Counted from the first letter of the stretch, positions 28,019 to 38,579 are shown. The stretch is 64,000 nucleotides of DNA from Planctomycetota bacterium (GCA_965248445.1 CBDFJG010000003.1:960001-1024000), one strand, 5' to 3'. The notes: generated by a model from the letters alone, not told the origin. Numbers and translations: made by a program.

Positions 28019-28750
28019 ATGAGCGAACTGCGAGCGATCTTCTTCGACATCGACGACACGCTCTTCAGCACGAGCGAGTTCGCGGCCACGGCCCGTCGCA
28101 ACGCGATGGAGGCGATGATCAGCCATGGTTTGGCGCTCTCGATCGACGAAGCCATGGCCGAGCTCTACGAGGTCATCGCGGAGTTCGGGTCCAACGACTC
28201 GTTCCACTACGACCGGCTCCTGAAGCGGCTCCCCGAGTCCAAGCTGCCCGACGGCAACCGGGCGATCCTGGTGGCCGCCGCGGTCTCCGCCTACCACGAC
28301 ACCAAGTACCGAAGCCTGTTCCCGTTCCGCGACGTACCAGAGGTCCTCTCGCGCATCCAGCGGGGCACGGACCTGACGCTGGGTGTGATCACCGACGGCC
28401 TCGAGCTCAAGCAGGCGGAGAAGCTCGTGCGCCTCGGTGTCATCGAGTGGCTCGACCCGCGCGCGATCTTCATCTCGGACCAAATCGGAATCAGCAAGCC
28501 GAACGAGAAGCTATACGTGCGCGCCTGCGAGTCCGTCGGCGTGGATCCGGCGCAGGCGATGCACGTCGGCGACCACCCCGAGAACGACATCGCCCCTGCC
28601 AAGTCCGTCGGCATGTTCACGGTGCGCCACCGCTGGAGCGGCGGCAAACATGCTGGGCGCGAGTGCGCGACCCCCGCGGATCACGAGATCCACAGCTTCC
28701 ACGAACTGATCCCGATCTTGCGCGACCACTACGGTCTCGCGGACCTCTGA
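28019..28750 (+). CDS. HAD-superfamily hydrolase, subfamily IA
   Basis: FFDIDDTL motif I, GVITDG, KP, HVGDHPENDIAPA. Confidence 0.9.
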   Translation: MSELRAIFFDIDDTLFSTSEFAATARRNAMEAMISHGLALSIDEAMAELYEVIAEFGSNDSFHYDRLLKRLPESKLPDGNRAILVAAAVSAYHDTKYRSLFPFRDVPEVLSRIQRGTDLTLGVITDGLELKQAEKLVRLGVIEWLDPRAIFISDQIGISKPNEKLYVRACESVGVDPAQAMHVGDHPENDIAPAKSVGMFTVRHRWSGGKHAGRECATPADHEIHSFHELIPILRDHYGLADL

Positions 28751-28794
28751 CCCCGCCGCCCGTAACACCGCCGCCACTTCCGCGGCCGGGGCGG

Positions 28795-30612
28795 TCAGCG
28801 CGGTGAGAGGTCGATCGTCGCGTCGTCGAACTCCTCGCGCGGCACGAACCGCATGAGACCGGTGCCGCCGCGCATCACGACCACGCGCACTCCATCGATC
28901 TTGTCGGGCAGCCCGTGGATCTCGAAGCGCCCGTCTTCGTCGGTTCGGGCATCGAAAACCGCGTTCCCGATGAGCCCTCGCGCGCCGCGAGCCAGTCCGA
29001 TCATCGCGATCTCGGCGTCCGTGACCGGAACATCGTCGGCCAAGACTCTCACCAACGCCGTGATCCCGGAGCGTTCGGGGCGCACGCGGGGCGACTCCAC
29101 ACCTGACGCGACGCCCTCGACGGTCTCGTCCCAGAGAGCACCGTCCTGCGTCCTCACGATCACGCGCACACGCCCGGGCGTCGTCTCGAACTCCAACTGA
29201 CCCTGCAGCCCGATCCGCTTGAACCGCCGCTCGATGGCGTCATCCCGTGTGAGCATCACATCCATCTCGCGCTCATCATGTGCGTCGAACTGCAAGCGCA
29301 CGGTCGTCGTGGGCAAGTCCGCCGGTACTTCGCGCACGACGATCCCGACGTCGATCACCGTGTCGCGTGCTACGTGCGTCTCGCCGCCTGCACTGGCGTC
29401 GGTGTTCGGCGCCACGGAGGCCACATGCCAGCTCACGTCGCCGCGCGGCACACCGATCACGTGACACTCACCACGCTCGTCGAACTCGAGTCCACCGAGC
29501 GCCATGGAGGGGTGCGTGTCGGAACCGTCACCAAGAGCCGAGAATACCGCCTCGTACTGCGTGGGGTGGTCCTCGTCGACGAGTGCGAACGTGAGGCGCA
29601 CACCCCCAGCTGCGAGGTCCCCAATCTGTCGTTCTTCTCCGGGGGCCAGCGGCACGAGTCGCCGCTGCAAACACAGATACGCATCCTCGCGGCGGACGAG
29701 TGTCTTCAGCAACAGAGCCTCGCCGGTGGGCGATGCCGCGAACTGGAATCGCCCGTCACCGTCCGTCCACGTGGACTCGACGTAGACGCTCCCCATCACG
29801 GGTCCCGCGCTCTGGTCGCGGTACACATGGACGCGTGATCCGGTGAGTGGTGTGCGAGCCTCGTCCAGGATCCGGCCTAGCACCAACGCCCCGCGCTTCA
29901 ACTCGAGTTCGAGGACGGTCCCGTCGTCCTCTGGAGTCGCCGGGAACGGACCGTGAACGGTTCGGACGTACGCCCGACCGCCAGCTTCGATCGCGTACTC
30001 GTTCCCGGCGCGCAGGCCGACGATCTCGAACGTGCCGTCGTCACGCGAGGTCATCTGCGCAATCGGAGTCCGCTCGCGCGGGAACCACTGCGGGTCTATC
30101 CACCTCGTCGGACCGGCGCCCACCTGCTCCCCCGCAACGGGCACCCGGTCACACATCAGTCTCCCGATGATCCGCCCCACTCCATCGACGTGCAACCGGA
30201 CTCTCGCGGGACCAGGCGCCGCCGGATCCCAGGTCGCGACGACGCTCGTCGAGCCGCTGGGGCGCAGGTGACCTCGCGCCGCGAGGCGCCCGTCGATCAA
30301 GGCGCTCACCGTGCCACTGCCCGTGCCCTGGAGGTCTTGGGGTGCCCGGGCCTCCTGGTGGACTTCGACCGTCCAGCCACGCTCCATGAGTGACGCTGGT
30401 CCCGACACCCGGATCTCGAGCGTACGATGAGTCGCGGCAACCCTCCCCGGAGCGACGGAGTCGAGAGATGCGCGGAGCCGAGGGCCCTCGCGCTCCTGAG
30501 CGTCACCGGACGCGCCATCACGTGCGCCAAGGGACTTGATCGCCGCGACGGCCGCGATCAGGACGACCGCGACCGTCGCGCTCCACGCAAGCACTCGCAG
30601 TTTCTGTCGCAC
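28795..30612 (-). CDS. Membrane-anchored protein with repeated carboxypeptidase-regulatory-like beta-sandwich domains
   Basis: GTG at 30612 after GGAGGGAGG; N-terminal TM; TSRDDGTFEI, TDGDGRFQF and TDEDGRFEI repeats. Confidence 0.65.
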   Translation of the reverse strand: MRQKLRVLAWSATVAVVLIAAVAAIKSLGARDGASGDAQEREGPRLRASLDSVAPGRVAATHRTLEIRVSGPASLMERGWTVEVHQEARAPQDLQGTGSGTVSALIDGRLAARGHLRPSGSTSVVATWDPAAPGPARVRLHVDGVGRIIGRLMCDRVPVAGEQVGAGPTRWIDPQWFPRERTPIAQMTSRDDGTFEIVGLRAGNEYAIEAGGRAYVRTVHGPFPATPEDDGTVLELELKRGALVLGRILDEARTPLTGSRVHVYRDQSAGPVMGSVYVESTWTDGDGRFQFAASPTGEALLLKTLVRREDAYLCLQRRLVPLAPGEERQIGDLAAGGVRLTFALVDEDHPTQYEAVFSALGDGSDTHPSMALGGLEFDERGECHVIGVPRGDVSWHVASVAPNTDASAGGETHVARDTVIDVGIVVREVPADLPTTTVRLQFDAHDEREMDVMLTRDDAIERRFKRIGLQGQLEFETTPGRVRVIVRTQDGALWDETVEGVASGVESPRVRPERSGITALVRVLADDVPVTDAEIAMIGLARGARGLIGNAVFDARTDEDGRFEIHGLPDKIDGVRVVVMRGGTGLMRFVPREEFDDATIDLSPR

Positions 30613-30668
30613 TTCGCGACCTCCCTCCAGAGCCCCGGCGCGATGCGCCCGCAGAGTGATGCCGTCTC

Positions 30669-31457
30669 CTAGTAGGTGCTCAGGTTCATGAGGAGCGAGA
30701 TGACGTCGCACTCTCCATCGCATGTCCCCCAGATGAGCAGCTCCCACTTGGAGTCGTAGATCTTGCCCTTTGCGTATTGCTGGTTCCAGCGGATGCCGCC
30801 GATGTCGGCCTCCGTCTGCGTGTCGTTGTGGGAGTAGATCGTCTCCGGCGACGTGCCGCCCGACCCGCCGGACGAATCGAAGAACGTGGCGGTCTTGCTG
30901 CCGCCGGTGCTCCACTGGATCGGCATGGTGAAACCCGAGCCCAGGAACTCGAGCGAGAGTTCCTCCGTGCCGCTGCTCTCCCCACTCGCGTACGCCGTGT
31001 CCGTGGCCTCTACGCCCCCGAGCGCGTTCGCATGCATCACCTTCCCGCCGACTTCGCGGATCTTGGTTGCCTTGATCGACATACGCGCCGCGGCGCGGCA
31101 GGAGTTGTCGTCATCGAGCTCGGCGTGCGCCTTGAACTCGACCCTGCACGTGGCTTCGATGTCTTCGTGCGGGAGATCGCACGCTTCGATTCGGCGGACG
31201 ATGAATCGGCCGTTGCCCGAGCCCGCGTCGCTCAGGGTGAGATTCCACGCCTCCGCTTCGAGGTACGCAAACGCATGTATAGGCCCGACGTCGTGGGCGA
31301 GGATGGACCATGCGCCGGAGTCGTACTCCGTCTGCACGCCGCGCATGTCGTCCGGCGGCAGGTAGGGCGTGACGATCCACACACAGTTGTCCGCGCTGGC
31401 GACGGGGGCCAGGGCCGCGATTCCGAGGGCGGCGACCAGAGCGTGAGCGAGCTTCAT
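30669..31457 (-). CDS. Hypothetical secreted protein (262 aa, several Cys)
   Basis: AAGGAAG SD, signal peptide ending ASA-D, beta-rich composition; no family recognised. Confidence 0.7.
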   Translation of the reverse strand: MKLAHALVAALGIAALAPVASADNCVWIVTPYLPPDDMRGVQTEYDSGAWSILAHDVGPIHAFAYLEAEAWNLTLSDAGSGNGRFIVRRIEACDLPHEDIEATCRVEFKAHAELDDDNSCRAAARMSIKATKIREVGGKVMHANALGGVEATDTAYASGESSGTEELSLEFLGSGFTMPIQWSTGGSKTATFFDSSGGSGGTSPETIYSHNDTQTEADIGGIRWNQQYAKGKIYDSKWELLIWGTCDGECDVISLLMNLSTY

Positions 31458-31536
31458 GGGTTGCTTCCTTCATGCAGTGGACCTCACCGCTTCGATCGCG
31501 ACCGTCGCGTCTGACGGCGGGTCCGTCGCAGACAAG

Positions 31537-31563
31537 GACGGCGCGCGTGGGCCTCCGGTTACA
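31537..31563 (-). promoter_or_regulatory. Candidate ECF sigma promoter TGTAAC-N17-CGTC
   Basis: Reverse complement of 31537-31563, 80 nt upstream of the 31457 start. Confidence 0.4.
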
Positions 31564-31596
31564 CGCCGCGCCGGGCGGACGCGATAGCCTCTCCCC

Positions 31597-32004
31597 ATGC
31601 GCAAGAACATCCGCACCGACACCGCTCCAGACGCCATCGGCCCCTACGCCCAGGCCGTGCTCGACGACGGCTGGCTCTGGTGCTCGGGACAGATCGGGCT
31701 CGACCCGGCCACTGGCACACTCGTCGGTGCCGGCTCGGACGAACAGGCTGCGCGCGCTCAGACGCGACGCGTGCTGACCAACCTGCAGGCCGTCGTCGAG
31801 GCAGCCGGCGCCACGCTCGCCGACGTCGTCAAGTGCACCGTGTTCGTGAAGGACCTCGACCACTTCGGTGCGATCAACGCGGTGTACGGCACGTTCTTCG
31901 GGGAGGCGCCCCCCGCGCGGGCCACTGTCGAGGTGGCGCGCCTGCCGATGGACGTGCTCGTCGAGATCGACTGCGTCGCGCGCTTGCGCGACCAACGAGA
32001 CTGA
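31597..32004 (+). CDS. ridA: RidA/YjgF/UK114 family enamine deaminase
   Basis: APDAIGPYAQA, CSGQIG, VVKCTVF, NAVY, PARATVEVARLP..VLVEID. Confidence 0.92.
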   Translation: MRKNIRTDTAPDAIGPYAQAVLDDGWLWCSGQIGLDPATGTLVGAGSDEQAARAQTRRVLTNLQAVVEAAGATLADVVKCTVFVKDLDHFGAINAVYGTFFGEAPPARATVEVARLPMDVLVEIDCVARLRDQRD

Positions 32005-32009
32005 CGAGA

Positions 32010-33041
32010 CTAACGAGCTGCCGCAGGCTTGGCGGTCATCGCGCCCGCCGGCAATCCGTCGGCGCCCGTGACCCAGCACGCCGCCATGTGTCCCGGCCGG
32101 TGTTCCTTCAGCGGCGGGTCCTCGCTGCGGCAGCGGTTGATGCGCGCCGGGCAGCGGTCGTAGAAGCGGCAACCATCGTACACCTTCGTCGGCGACGGGA
32201 TCTCGCCGGTCAGCGCGATCCGCTGCCGTGTCTTCTGGACCTTGGGATCCGGAATCGGGATCGCGGAGAGCAGCGCCACCGTGTAGGGATGCAGCGGCGC
32301 GTCGTAGATCGACGCGGCGGGCGCGATCTCCACGATGCGCCCCAGGTACATCACGGCCACGCGATCCGAGATGTGTCGCACGACGGCCAGGTCGTGAGCG
32401 ATGAACAGGAAAGTCAACCCGAATTGGCTCTGCAGATCCTGCAACAGGTTGACGACCTGCGCCTGCACGGACACGTCCAGCGCCGACACCGGCTCGTCGC
32501 ACAGGATCATCTTCGGATTGAGCGCCAGCGCGCGCGCGACACCGATGCGCTGGCGCTGCCCGCCGGAGAACTCGTGCGGGTAGCGGTTGCGCCACGACGC
32601 CGAGAGGCCCACGACCTCCAGCAGTTCGCAGACGCGGTCCACCAGTGCACTGCCGCTGGCGAGGCCATAGTTCTTGAGAGGCTCGGCCACGATGTTCAGG
32701 ACCGTCATGCGCGGATTCAGACTCGCGTACGGGTCTTGGAAGATCATCTGCAGGTCCTGCCGCGCCTCGCGCATCTCGGTCGAGGACAGCGTCGCGAGGT
32801 CCACGCCGTCGAAGTGAATGCTGCCAGTCGTGGGCTTTAGGAGCCGGATGATCGCACGTGCGGTCGTGCTCTTTCCGCAACCGGATTCGCCCACGAGGCC
32901 GAGCGTCTCGCCCGCCTTGACCTCGAAGGAGAGGCCGTCCACCGCGCGCACCGCGCCCACCTGGCGCTTGAACAACACGCCCCGCTCGATCGGGAAGTGC
33001 ACCATGAGGTCGCGCACGCTGAGCAACGGAGAGTCGCTCAT
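32010..33041 (-). CDS. oppF: Oligopeptide ABC transporter ATP-binding protein (OppF-type), system 1
   Basis: [40 protein letters not shown]. Confidence 0.88.
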   Translation of the reverse strand: MSDSPLLSVRDLMVHFPIERGVLFKRQVGAVRAVDGLSFEVKAGETLGLVGESGCGKSTTARAIIRLLKPTTGSIHFDGVDLATLSSTEMREARQDLQMIFQDPYASLNPRMTVLNIVAEPLKNYGLASGSALVDRVCELLEVVGLSASWRNRYPHEFSGGQRQRIGVARALALNPKMILCDEPVSALDVSVQAQVVNLLQDLQSQFGLTFLFIAHDLAVVRHISDRVAVMYLGRIVEIAPAASIYDAPLHPYTVALLSAIPIPDPKVQKTRQRIALTGEIPSPTKVYDGCRFYDRCPARINRCRSEDPPLKEHRPGHMAACWVTGADGLPAGAMTAKPAAAR

Positions 33042-34051
33042 CCGGCCACCTCCCCTTCCACGGCGTGCGTCGCCGCGTCGCGCACGTCCACGTGACACGC
33101 GATGCGGCGGCCCGGGGCGATCTCACGCAGCTCCGGTCGCTCGGTCGCGCAGCGATCCACTGCGAAGACGCAGCGCTCCCGAAAGGGGCAGCCGGCCGGC
33201 AGGTTCGCGGGGTTCGGGGGCGAGCCGGGGATGGGCTCGAGCCGTCCGCCCTGCGTGCCGTCGAGACGCGGGATGCTGTGCAGCAGCCCGATCGTGTACG
33301 GCATGCGCGGGTCGGCGAACACGTCCTCGGTGGGGCCTTCCTCGACGACCCGTCCCGCGTACATGACCACGGTGCGCTCACACATGCCCGCGACCACACC
33401 GAGGTCGTGTGTGATCAGCATCAGCGCCGTGCCGTCCCGTTGCCGCTGCTCGTTGATCAGATCGAGGATCTGCGCCTGGATCGTGACGTCGAGTGCGGTC
33501 GTCGGTTCATCGGCGATCAGCAGCTCAGGATCGCACGACATCGCCATCGCGATCATCACGCGCTGCCGCATGCCACCGGAGAACTGGTGCGGGTAGTCGT
33601 CCAGACGCTGTCCGGCCGCCGGGATGCCCACACGGTCGAGCATGTCGGTGGCGCGCTCCCGCGCGGCGCGGCGGTCGAGCCCCAGGTGGAGTTCGATCGC
33701 CTCGGTGAGCTGCAGCCCGATCTTCAGGAAGGGGTTCAGACTCGTCATCGGGTCCTGGAAGATCATCGCGCACTCGCCGCCGCGGAACGCGCGCACGCGC
33801 TGCTTCGACCAGTCGAAGACGTTCTCGCCGTTCCACAGCACGGAGCCGGCGTGGATGCCCGGCGGCGTCGGGACCAGGCGCATCACGGACAGGCTCGACA
33901 CGCTCTTGCCCGAACCGGACTCCCCCACGATGCCCACGCTCTCCCCCGGACGCAGCGAGAAGCTCACACCGTCGACCGCCTTCACGAGACCCTTGTCGGT
34001 CTTGAAGTGCGTGACGAGTTCGCGGACTTCGAGGAGGGGGCGGTCGGCCAT
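33038..34051 (-). CDS. oppD: Oligopeptide ABC transporter ATP-binding protein (OppD-type), system 1
   Basis: [35 protein letters not shown]; start MADRPLL. Confidence 0.88.
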   Translation of the reverse strand: MADRPLLEVRELVTHFKTDKGLVKAVDGVSFSLRPGESVGIVGESGSGKSVSSLSVMRLVPTPPGIHAGSVLWNGENVFDWSKQRVRAFRGGECAMIFQDPMTSLNPFLKIGLQLTEAIELHLGLDRRAARERATDMLDRVGIPAAGQRLDDYPHQFSGGMRQRVMIAMAMSCDPELLIADEPTTALDVTIQAQILDLINEQRQRDGTALMLITHDLGVVAGMCERTVVMYAGRVVEEGPTEDVFADPRMPYTIGLLHSIPRLDGTQGGRLEPIPGSPPNPANLPAGCPFRERCVFAVDRCATERPELREIAPGRRIACHVDVRDAATHAVEGEVAG

Positions 34052-35535
34052 CAGTTCCGGCCCCTCTGCTGCGGGTCGAACGCATCGCGCAGCCCGTCCC
34101 CGAGGAAGTTCAGGCTGAACAGCGTCACGCACATCGCGACGGACGGGAAGACCAGCATCCACCAGAACTCGCCGTTGTTCCCGAGCGCCTCGCGGCCGCC
34201 GTTGATGAGCGCGCCCCAGCTCTCGAGCGGCAGACCCTGCCACTCGACGGAGAGACCGATGAACGCCAGGAACGACTCCTGGAGAATGACCGCGGGCACG
34301 GTGAGCGTCATGTAGACGACGACGACTCCGAGGACGTTGGGGATCAGGTGCCGCCAGAGCATCCCCCACCAGCTGGTGCCGACCGTGACCGCAGCGTCCA
34401 CGAACTCCTTCTCGCGCAGACTCAGCACCTGGCCGCGCACGATGCGCGCCATGGTCAACCACTGCAGCAACCCGAGTGCTATGAAGAGCACGATGATGTC
34501 GCGTCCGAACGAGATCATCATCAGGATCACGAGGAATAGGTAGGGCAGCCCGAACAGGATGTCGACGATGCGCATCATCACACCGTCCACACGGCCACCT
34601 GCGTAGCCGGACACCGCGCCGTACAGCACGCCGACGAGCAGGCTCACGATCGTGGCGGCGACGCCCACGAGCAAGCTGATCCGCCCGCCGAAGATCAGGC
34701 GGCTCAGCGTGTCGCGGCCCTGCTGGTCCGTGCCGAGCAAGTGCGAGTGCATCAACTGCTTCCCGTCCAGGGTGACGTCGACGACGTCCTGGGGGAACAG
34801 AGTCAGCGACTGGAGCGGCGCGTCGTCACTGCTGCGAGTGAGAGACGTCAGCGTGCCGTCGCCGGCGAACGCCGCGTCGAGCCGGTAGCGCCCGTCGGGA
34901 TCGCGGCCGATGCGCTCGACCTGCACGACGTAGCGCCCGGACTCGTCCGGCTTCCACAGTTCACGGGGCAACTCGTCGCCCTTCGCGAGTTGCGTGAAGC
35001 CGAGGCGATTGCGCGTCTCCGGGTCGCGGAAGTGCTCGCCCTCCTCGAGATCGAGCAGAGCCGGACGCGTGGGGATGGAGCCCGGCGCGGAGACCTGCAC
35101 CGTCTCGATCGTGCTACCCGACGCGATGATGCGTACGCGCGACACCGTCTCTTCCTGCACCTCGAACCCGAGGCTGTGATTCGCCCCGTCGCCCAGGACC
35201 GCCGCGCACTGCGCGGGGACCTCGAATTCCGTCGGCTGGACGCCCGTCGCGAAGCGCATCTCGTTGCGGAGCGACAGGATGCGCGCACCGGGCGGCAGCG
35301 CCCCGGTCCAGCGCTGCTGGGTGGTCGGGTCGAACGGGCTCACGAGCTCCGCGAAGATGGCGGAGAGATTCATCAGGATCGTGACCACGACGCCCACCAT
35401 GGCCATCTTGTTCTTCTTGAGACGGCGCCACGCGTCCTGCCACAGGCTCTCGCCCTGCACGGCCCCGCGCATCTTGGTGCGGACCATCGCCTCGGCTGCC
35501 GCCTCGCGTCCGTAGCCGCCGTCGCCCATGCTCAT
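34051..35535 (-). CDS. oppC: Oligopeptide ABC permease (OppC-type) with large periplasmic insertion
   Basis: SLWQDAWRRLKKNK, HLLGTDQQGRD, ARIVRGQVLSLREKEFV, NFLGDGLRDAFDP. Confidence 0.88.
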   Translation of the reverse strand: MSMGDGGYGREAAAEAMVRTKMRGAVQGESLWQDAWRRLKKNKMAMVGVVVTILMNLSAIFAELVSPFDPTTQQRWTGALPPGARILSLRNEMRFATGVQPTEFEVPAQCAAVLGDGANHSLGFEVQEETVSRVRIIASGSTIETVQVSAPGSIPTRPALLDLEEGEHFRDPETRNRLGFTQLAKGDELPRELWKPDESGRYVVQVERIGRDPDGRYRLDAAFAGDGTLTSLTRSSDDAPLQSLTLFPQDVVDVTLDGKQLMHSHLLGTDQQGRDTLSRLIFGGRISLLVGVAATIVSLLVGVLYGAVSGYAGGRVDGVMMRIVDILFGLPYLFLVILMMISFGRDIIVLFIALGLLQWLTMARIVRGQVLSLREKEFVDAAVTVGTSWWGMLWRHLIPNVLGVVVVYMTLTVPAVILQESFLAFIGLSVEWQGLPLESWGALINGGREALGNNGEFWWMLVFPSVAMCVTLFSLNFLGDGLRDAFDPQQRGRN

Positions 35536-36632
35536 CAGTCGTACCTGATCCGCGGGTCGAGGAAGCCGTACGCGACGTCCACCAGCAGGTTGAACACGAC
35601 GAGGATCGACCCGTAGAGGATCACGGTGCCGAGGGCGAGCGTGTAGTCGCGGTTCAGCGCGGACTCGATGAACTCACGGGCGATGCCGGGCACGGCGAAG
35701 ATCTTCTCGACGACCAGGCCGCCGGTCAGGAGCGCTGCCATGGCGGGGCCGAGGAACGACACGACCGGGAGCATCCCGCCCTTCAGCGCGTGCCGAACCA
35801 CGACCGTGGTCTCCGTCAGTCCCTTCGCGCGCGCGGTGCGGATGTAGTCCTGGTGGATGACCTCGAGCATGCCGGCGCGCATCAGGCGTGCGATGCGGCT
35901 CGCGAAGGGGAGAGCCAGCACGACGGACGGGAGGATGAGCGTCTCGTTCCGTGCGAGCAGCAGGATGACCAGGCACGTCGAGATGGTGAGCGCCCCGATC
36001 CATGCCGCACCGATCTCGCGACCGCTGTTGAAGTTCGCCGTGAACGGGAATCCGGTGCGCGACCACTCGAGCGCGCGCCACGCGACGAACAACCCGACGA
36101 GCGCCCACGCCGGCCACCACTGCCACGCAACCTCGTAGCCGGAGACCGGGAACACCTTCCACTTGAGTGCTAACAACAGCACCAGCACGGGACCGGTCAC
36201 GAATCGCGGCACGCTCATCCCGAACATCGCGACGGACATGCTGGAGTAGTCCCACCACGAGTTCTGCTTGACCGCGCCGATGATCCCGGCGACCAGGCCC
36301 AGGGCGAGTGCGAGGACGATCGCGCCGGCGCCGATCACGACGGTCGGCCCGATGGTGGCCGCGATGATCTCGTTGACGGTCTTGTCCTTCTGCTTGAAGG
36401 ACGGACCGAGGTCGCCCTGCACCGCCTTCCCGATGTAGCTGCCGAACTGCTCGAGACGAGACCCTTTGAGATCGTACTTCTCGTTCAGAGCCTTCAGCAC
36501 CTCGGGCGACGTCGCCCGGTCGTTCGAGAACGGACCACCAGGAGCGGCGCGCATGATGAAGAAGCTGACCGTTACGAGCGCCAGCAGCACCAGCGGCATC
36601 GTGATCAGCCGGCGGAGGATGTACCCGGCCAT
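35535..36632 (-). CDS. oppB: Oligopeptide ABC permease (OppB-type)
   Basis: YILRRL, APGGPF, GDLGPSF, DYIRTARAKGL, LDPRIRY. Confidence 0.9.
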   Translation of the reverse strand: MAGYILRRLITMPLVLLALVTVSFFIMRAAPGGPFSNDRATSPEVLKALNEKYDLKGSRLEQFGSYIGKAVQGDLGPSFKQKDKTVNEIIAATIGPTVVIGAGAIVLALALGLVAGIIGAVKQNSWWDYSSMSVAMFGMSVPRFVTGPVLVLLLALKWKVFPVSGYEVAWQWWPAWALVGLFVAWRALEWSRTGFPFTANFNSGREIGAAWIGALTISTCLVILLLARNETLILPSVVLALPFASRIARLMRAGMLEVIHQDYIRTARAKGLTETTVVVRHALKGGMLPVVSFLGPAMAALLTGGLVVEKIFAVPGIAREFIESALNRDYTLALGTVILYGSILVVFNLLVDVAYGFLDPRIRYD

Positions 36633-36669
36633 GCGCCTAGTTCACGCGGCGCCGTGGCTGGTCGCGGGA

Positions 36670-36745
36670 CAGCACGTTGATCAGTTCCACCGAGTTGATC
36701 GAGCGCACCGAGTTGATCAAGAGTACGGAGTAGATCGAGCGCACG
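36670..36745. repeat. Four imperfect 18-bp tandem repeats with GT(T/A)GATC core
   Basis: CAGCACGTTGATCAGTTC / CACCGAGTTGATCGAGCG / CACCGAGTTGATCAAGAG / TACGGAGTAGATCGAGCG. Confidence 0.8.
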
Positions 36746-36751
36746 GGGGGA

Positions 36752-38536
36752 CTACTTCCCCGTCGCCTTCGGTCCGTCGATGTAGATGAACTGGAACGGG
36801 TGCAGGTCCCGGATGTTCTCCATCAGTCCCCGCAGCCGCGGCCGCAGCATGCCCTGATTGACGTAGAAGTAGATTGGCAGGATCGGCAGGTGCTCGATGC
36901 AGAGGATCTCCTCGGCGCGCTGGAACAGCTTCGCCCGCGCGTCGGGATCCTGCTCGACCGCCGCTTCCTTGATGAGCCGGTCGTACTCCTCGTTGCCCCA
37001 GCCGGTCGAGTTGTTGCCGCCGCCGGTGAGGAACATGTCCATGAACGTGTTCGCGTCGGTGTAGTCGCCGATCCACCCGGCGCGCGCGATCTGATACTGC
37101 AGCGTGTCCACGGCCTCGAGGTACGTCTTCCACTCCATGTTGCGGAGCTTCACGTTGACGCCGAGCACCTCCTTCCACATGGAGGAGATGACCTCGCAAT
37201 TCTGCTTGTGGCTCTCGCTCGTGTTGTACAGCAGCTCGACTTCGGGGAAGTTCTTGCCGCCGGCGTACCCGGCTTCGGCGAGGAGCTTCTTGGCCCTCTT
37301 CGGATCGTAGTCCGGTCCCTTCACGCCCTCGTAGCCGTGGATGCCCGGCGGGACGTAGCCCGTCGCGGGGATCTGCCCCGCCTTCAGCGTGTCCCTGCAG
37401 AGTGACTCCTTGTTCACCGCGAGGTTGAACGCCATGCGCACGCGCTGATCGTCGAACGGCTTGCGTGTCGTGTTGAAGCGGAAGAAGTAGCAGCCGAGAT
37501 ACGGCCACGCGTAGTAGTCGGGGTGCATCTGCACCTCGTCGATGCGCGGCTGCGGAACGGCCTTGATCCAGTCCATACTCCCGGCGAGGTACTCGTTGTA
37601 GGACGTGCTGAGGTCGTCCATCGCCCTTGCACGGATCTTCGCGAGCCGGACGATCCCCCGGTTCCAGTACTGCAGATTCGGCTCCAGGACGACCTGGTCA
37701 CGCGGCTTCCACGCCGTCAGGACGAATGGACCGTTGCCGACGAAGTTCTCCGGCCGCGTCCACTGCAAGCCGTGCTCCTCGATCGTGGCGCGGTGCACGG
37801 GCATCAGCGTCTCGAAGCTTGTCAGGTCCAGGAAGTACGGCGTCGAGGCGCCGAGCGTCACGCGGAACGTGTGCGCGTCCACGGCCTCCATGCCCACCTT
37901 CGCGATGTCGGTGACCTTCTTGTTGAAGAACGCCTCCGCGTTTTCGATTGCGAAGAGCTGATACGCGTACTGGCTCGCGGTCGCCGGATCGATGGCGCGC
38001 TGCCACGACCACAGGAAGTCCGCCGACGTGACCGGATCACCGTTGCTCCACTTCGCATCGTCGCGCAGATGGAACGTGTAGACGCGCCCGTCCGGGGAGA
38101 TCTCCCACCACTTCGCAACGCCGGGGATCGCCTGCAGCGTGGACGGATGGTGCGAAGTGAGTCCCTCATAGAGCGCCAGCGCCAGCGTGTGCTCGGGCAC
38201 GCCCGTCATCAGGTGCGGATCGAGCGTCTCCGGCTCGGTGCCGTTGTTGAACACGAACTCCTGCTCGTGCTCCTTCCAGCCGTCGCCCGCGGGGAAGAAC
38301 GCGTCCCAGTCGAAATCGAGCAGCGCCTTGCCCTGGACGGGGATGCTCATGGAGGCGATCGCGGTGCCGTCACCCGTCGTCACGCGGTCGCGGGGCGTCT
38401 TCGTCGAAGCGTTTCCGTCGCCGCCGTTCGCGCCTGCCGGATCGACGGGCGTCGCGCCTCGGCCGTCGTCGCCGCAGCCGGCAAAGAGGCCGACGCTGGA
38501 CAGAAGCACCGTGGCCGTGAGGATCCGCGTACGCAT
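36752..38536 (-). CDS. oppA: Oligopeptide ABC substrate-binding lipoprotein (OppA-type)
   Basis: Lipobox FAGC, NGTEPETLDP, YTFHLRDDAKWSNGDPVT, VGNGPF, RAGWIGDY. Confidence 0.92.
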   Translation of the reverse strand: MRTRILTATVLLSSVGLFAGCGDDGRGATPVDPAGANGGDGNASTKTPRDRVTTGDGTAIASMSIPVQGKALLDFDWDAFFPAGDGWKEHEQEFVFNNGTEPETLDPHLMTGVPEHTLALALYEGLTSHHPSTLQAIPGVAKWWEISPDGRVYTFHLRDDAKWSNGDPVTSADFLWSWQRAIDPATASQYAYQLFAIENAEAFFNKKVTDIAKVGMEAVDAHTFRVTLGASTPYFLDLTSFETLMPVHRATIEEHGLQWTRPENFVGNGPFVLTAWKPRDQVVLEPNLQYWNRGIVRLAKIRARAMDDLSTSYNEYLAGSMDWIKAVPQPRIDEVQMHPDYYAWPYLGCYFFRFNTTRKPFDDQRVRMAFNLAVNKESLCRDTLKAGQIPATGYVPPGIHGYEGVKGPDYDPKRAKKLLAEAGYAGGKNFPEVELLYNTSESHKQNCEVISSMWKEVLGVNVKLRNMEWKTYLEAVDTLQYQIARAGWIGDYTDANTFMDMFLTGGGNNSTGWGNEEYDRLIKEAAVEQDPDARAKLFQRAEEILCIEHLPILPIYFYVNQGMLRPRLRGLMENIRDLHPFQFIYIDGPKATGK

Positions 38537-38579
38537 CGAGCACCTCTCTGTTGTCACTTGAACGCTATCTCTCTGACGT

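Noticed and set aside
36670..36745. Possible CRISPR array
   Set aside because: Units are contiguous 18-mers with no unique spacers, and there are no cas genes in the window
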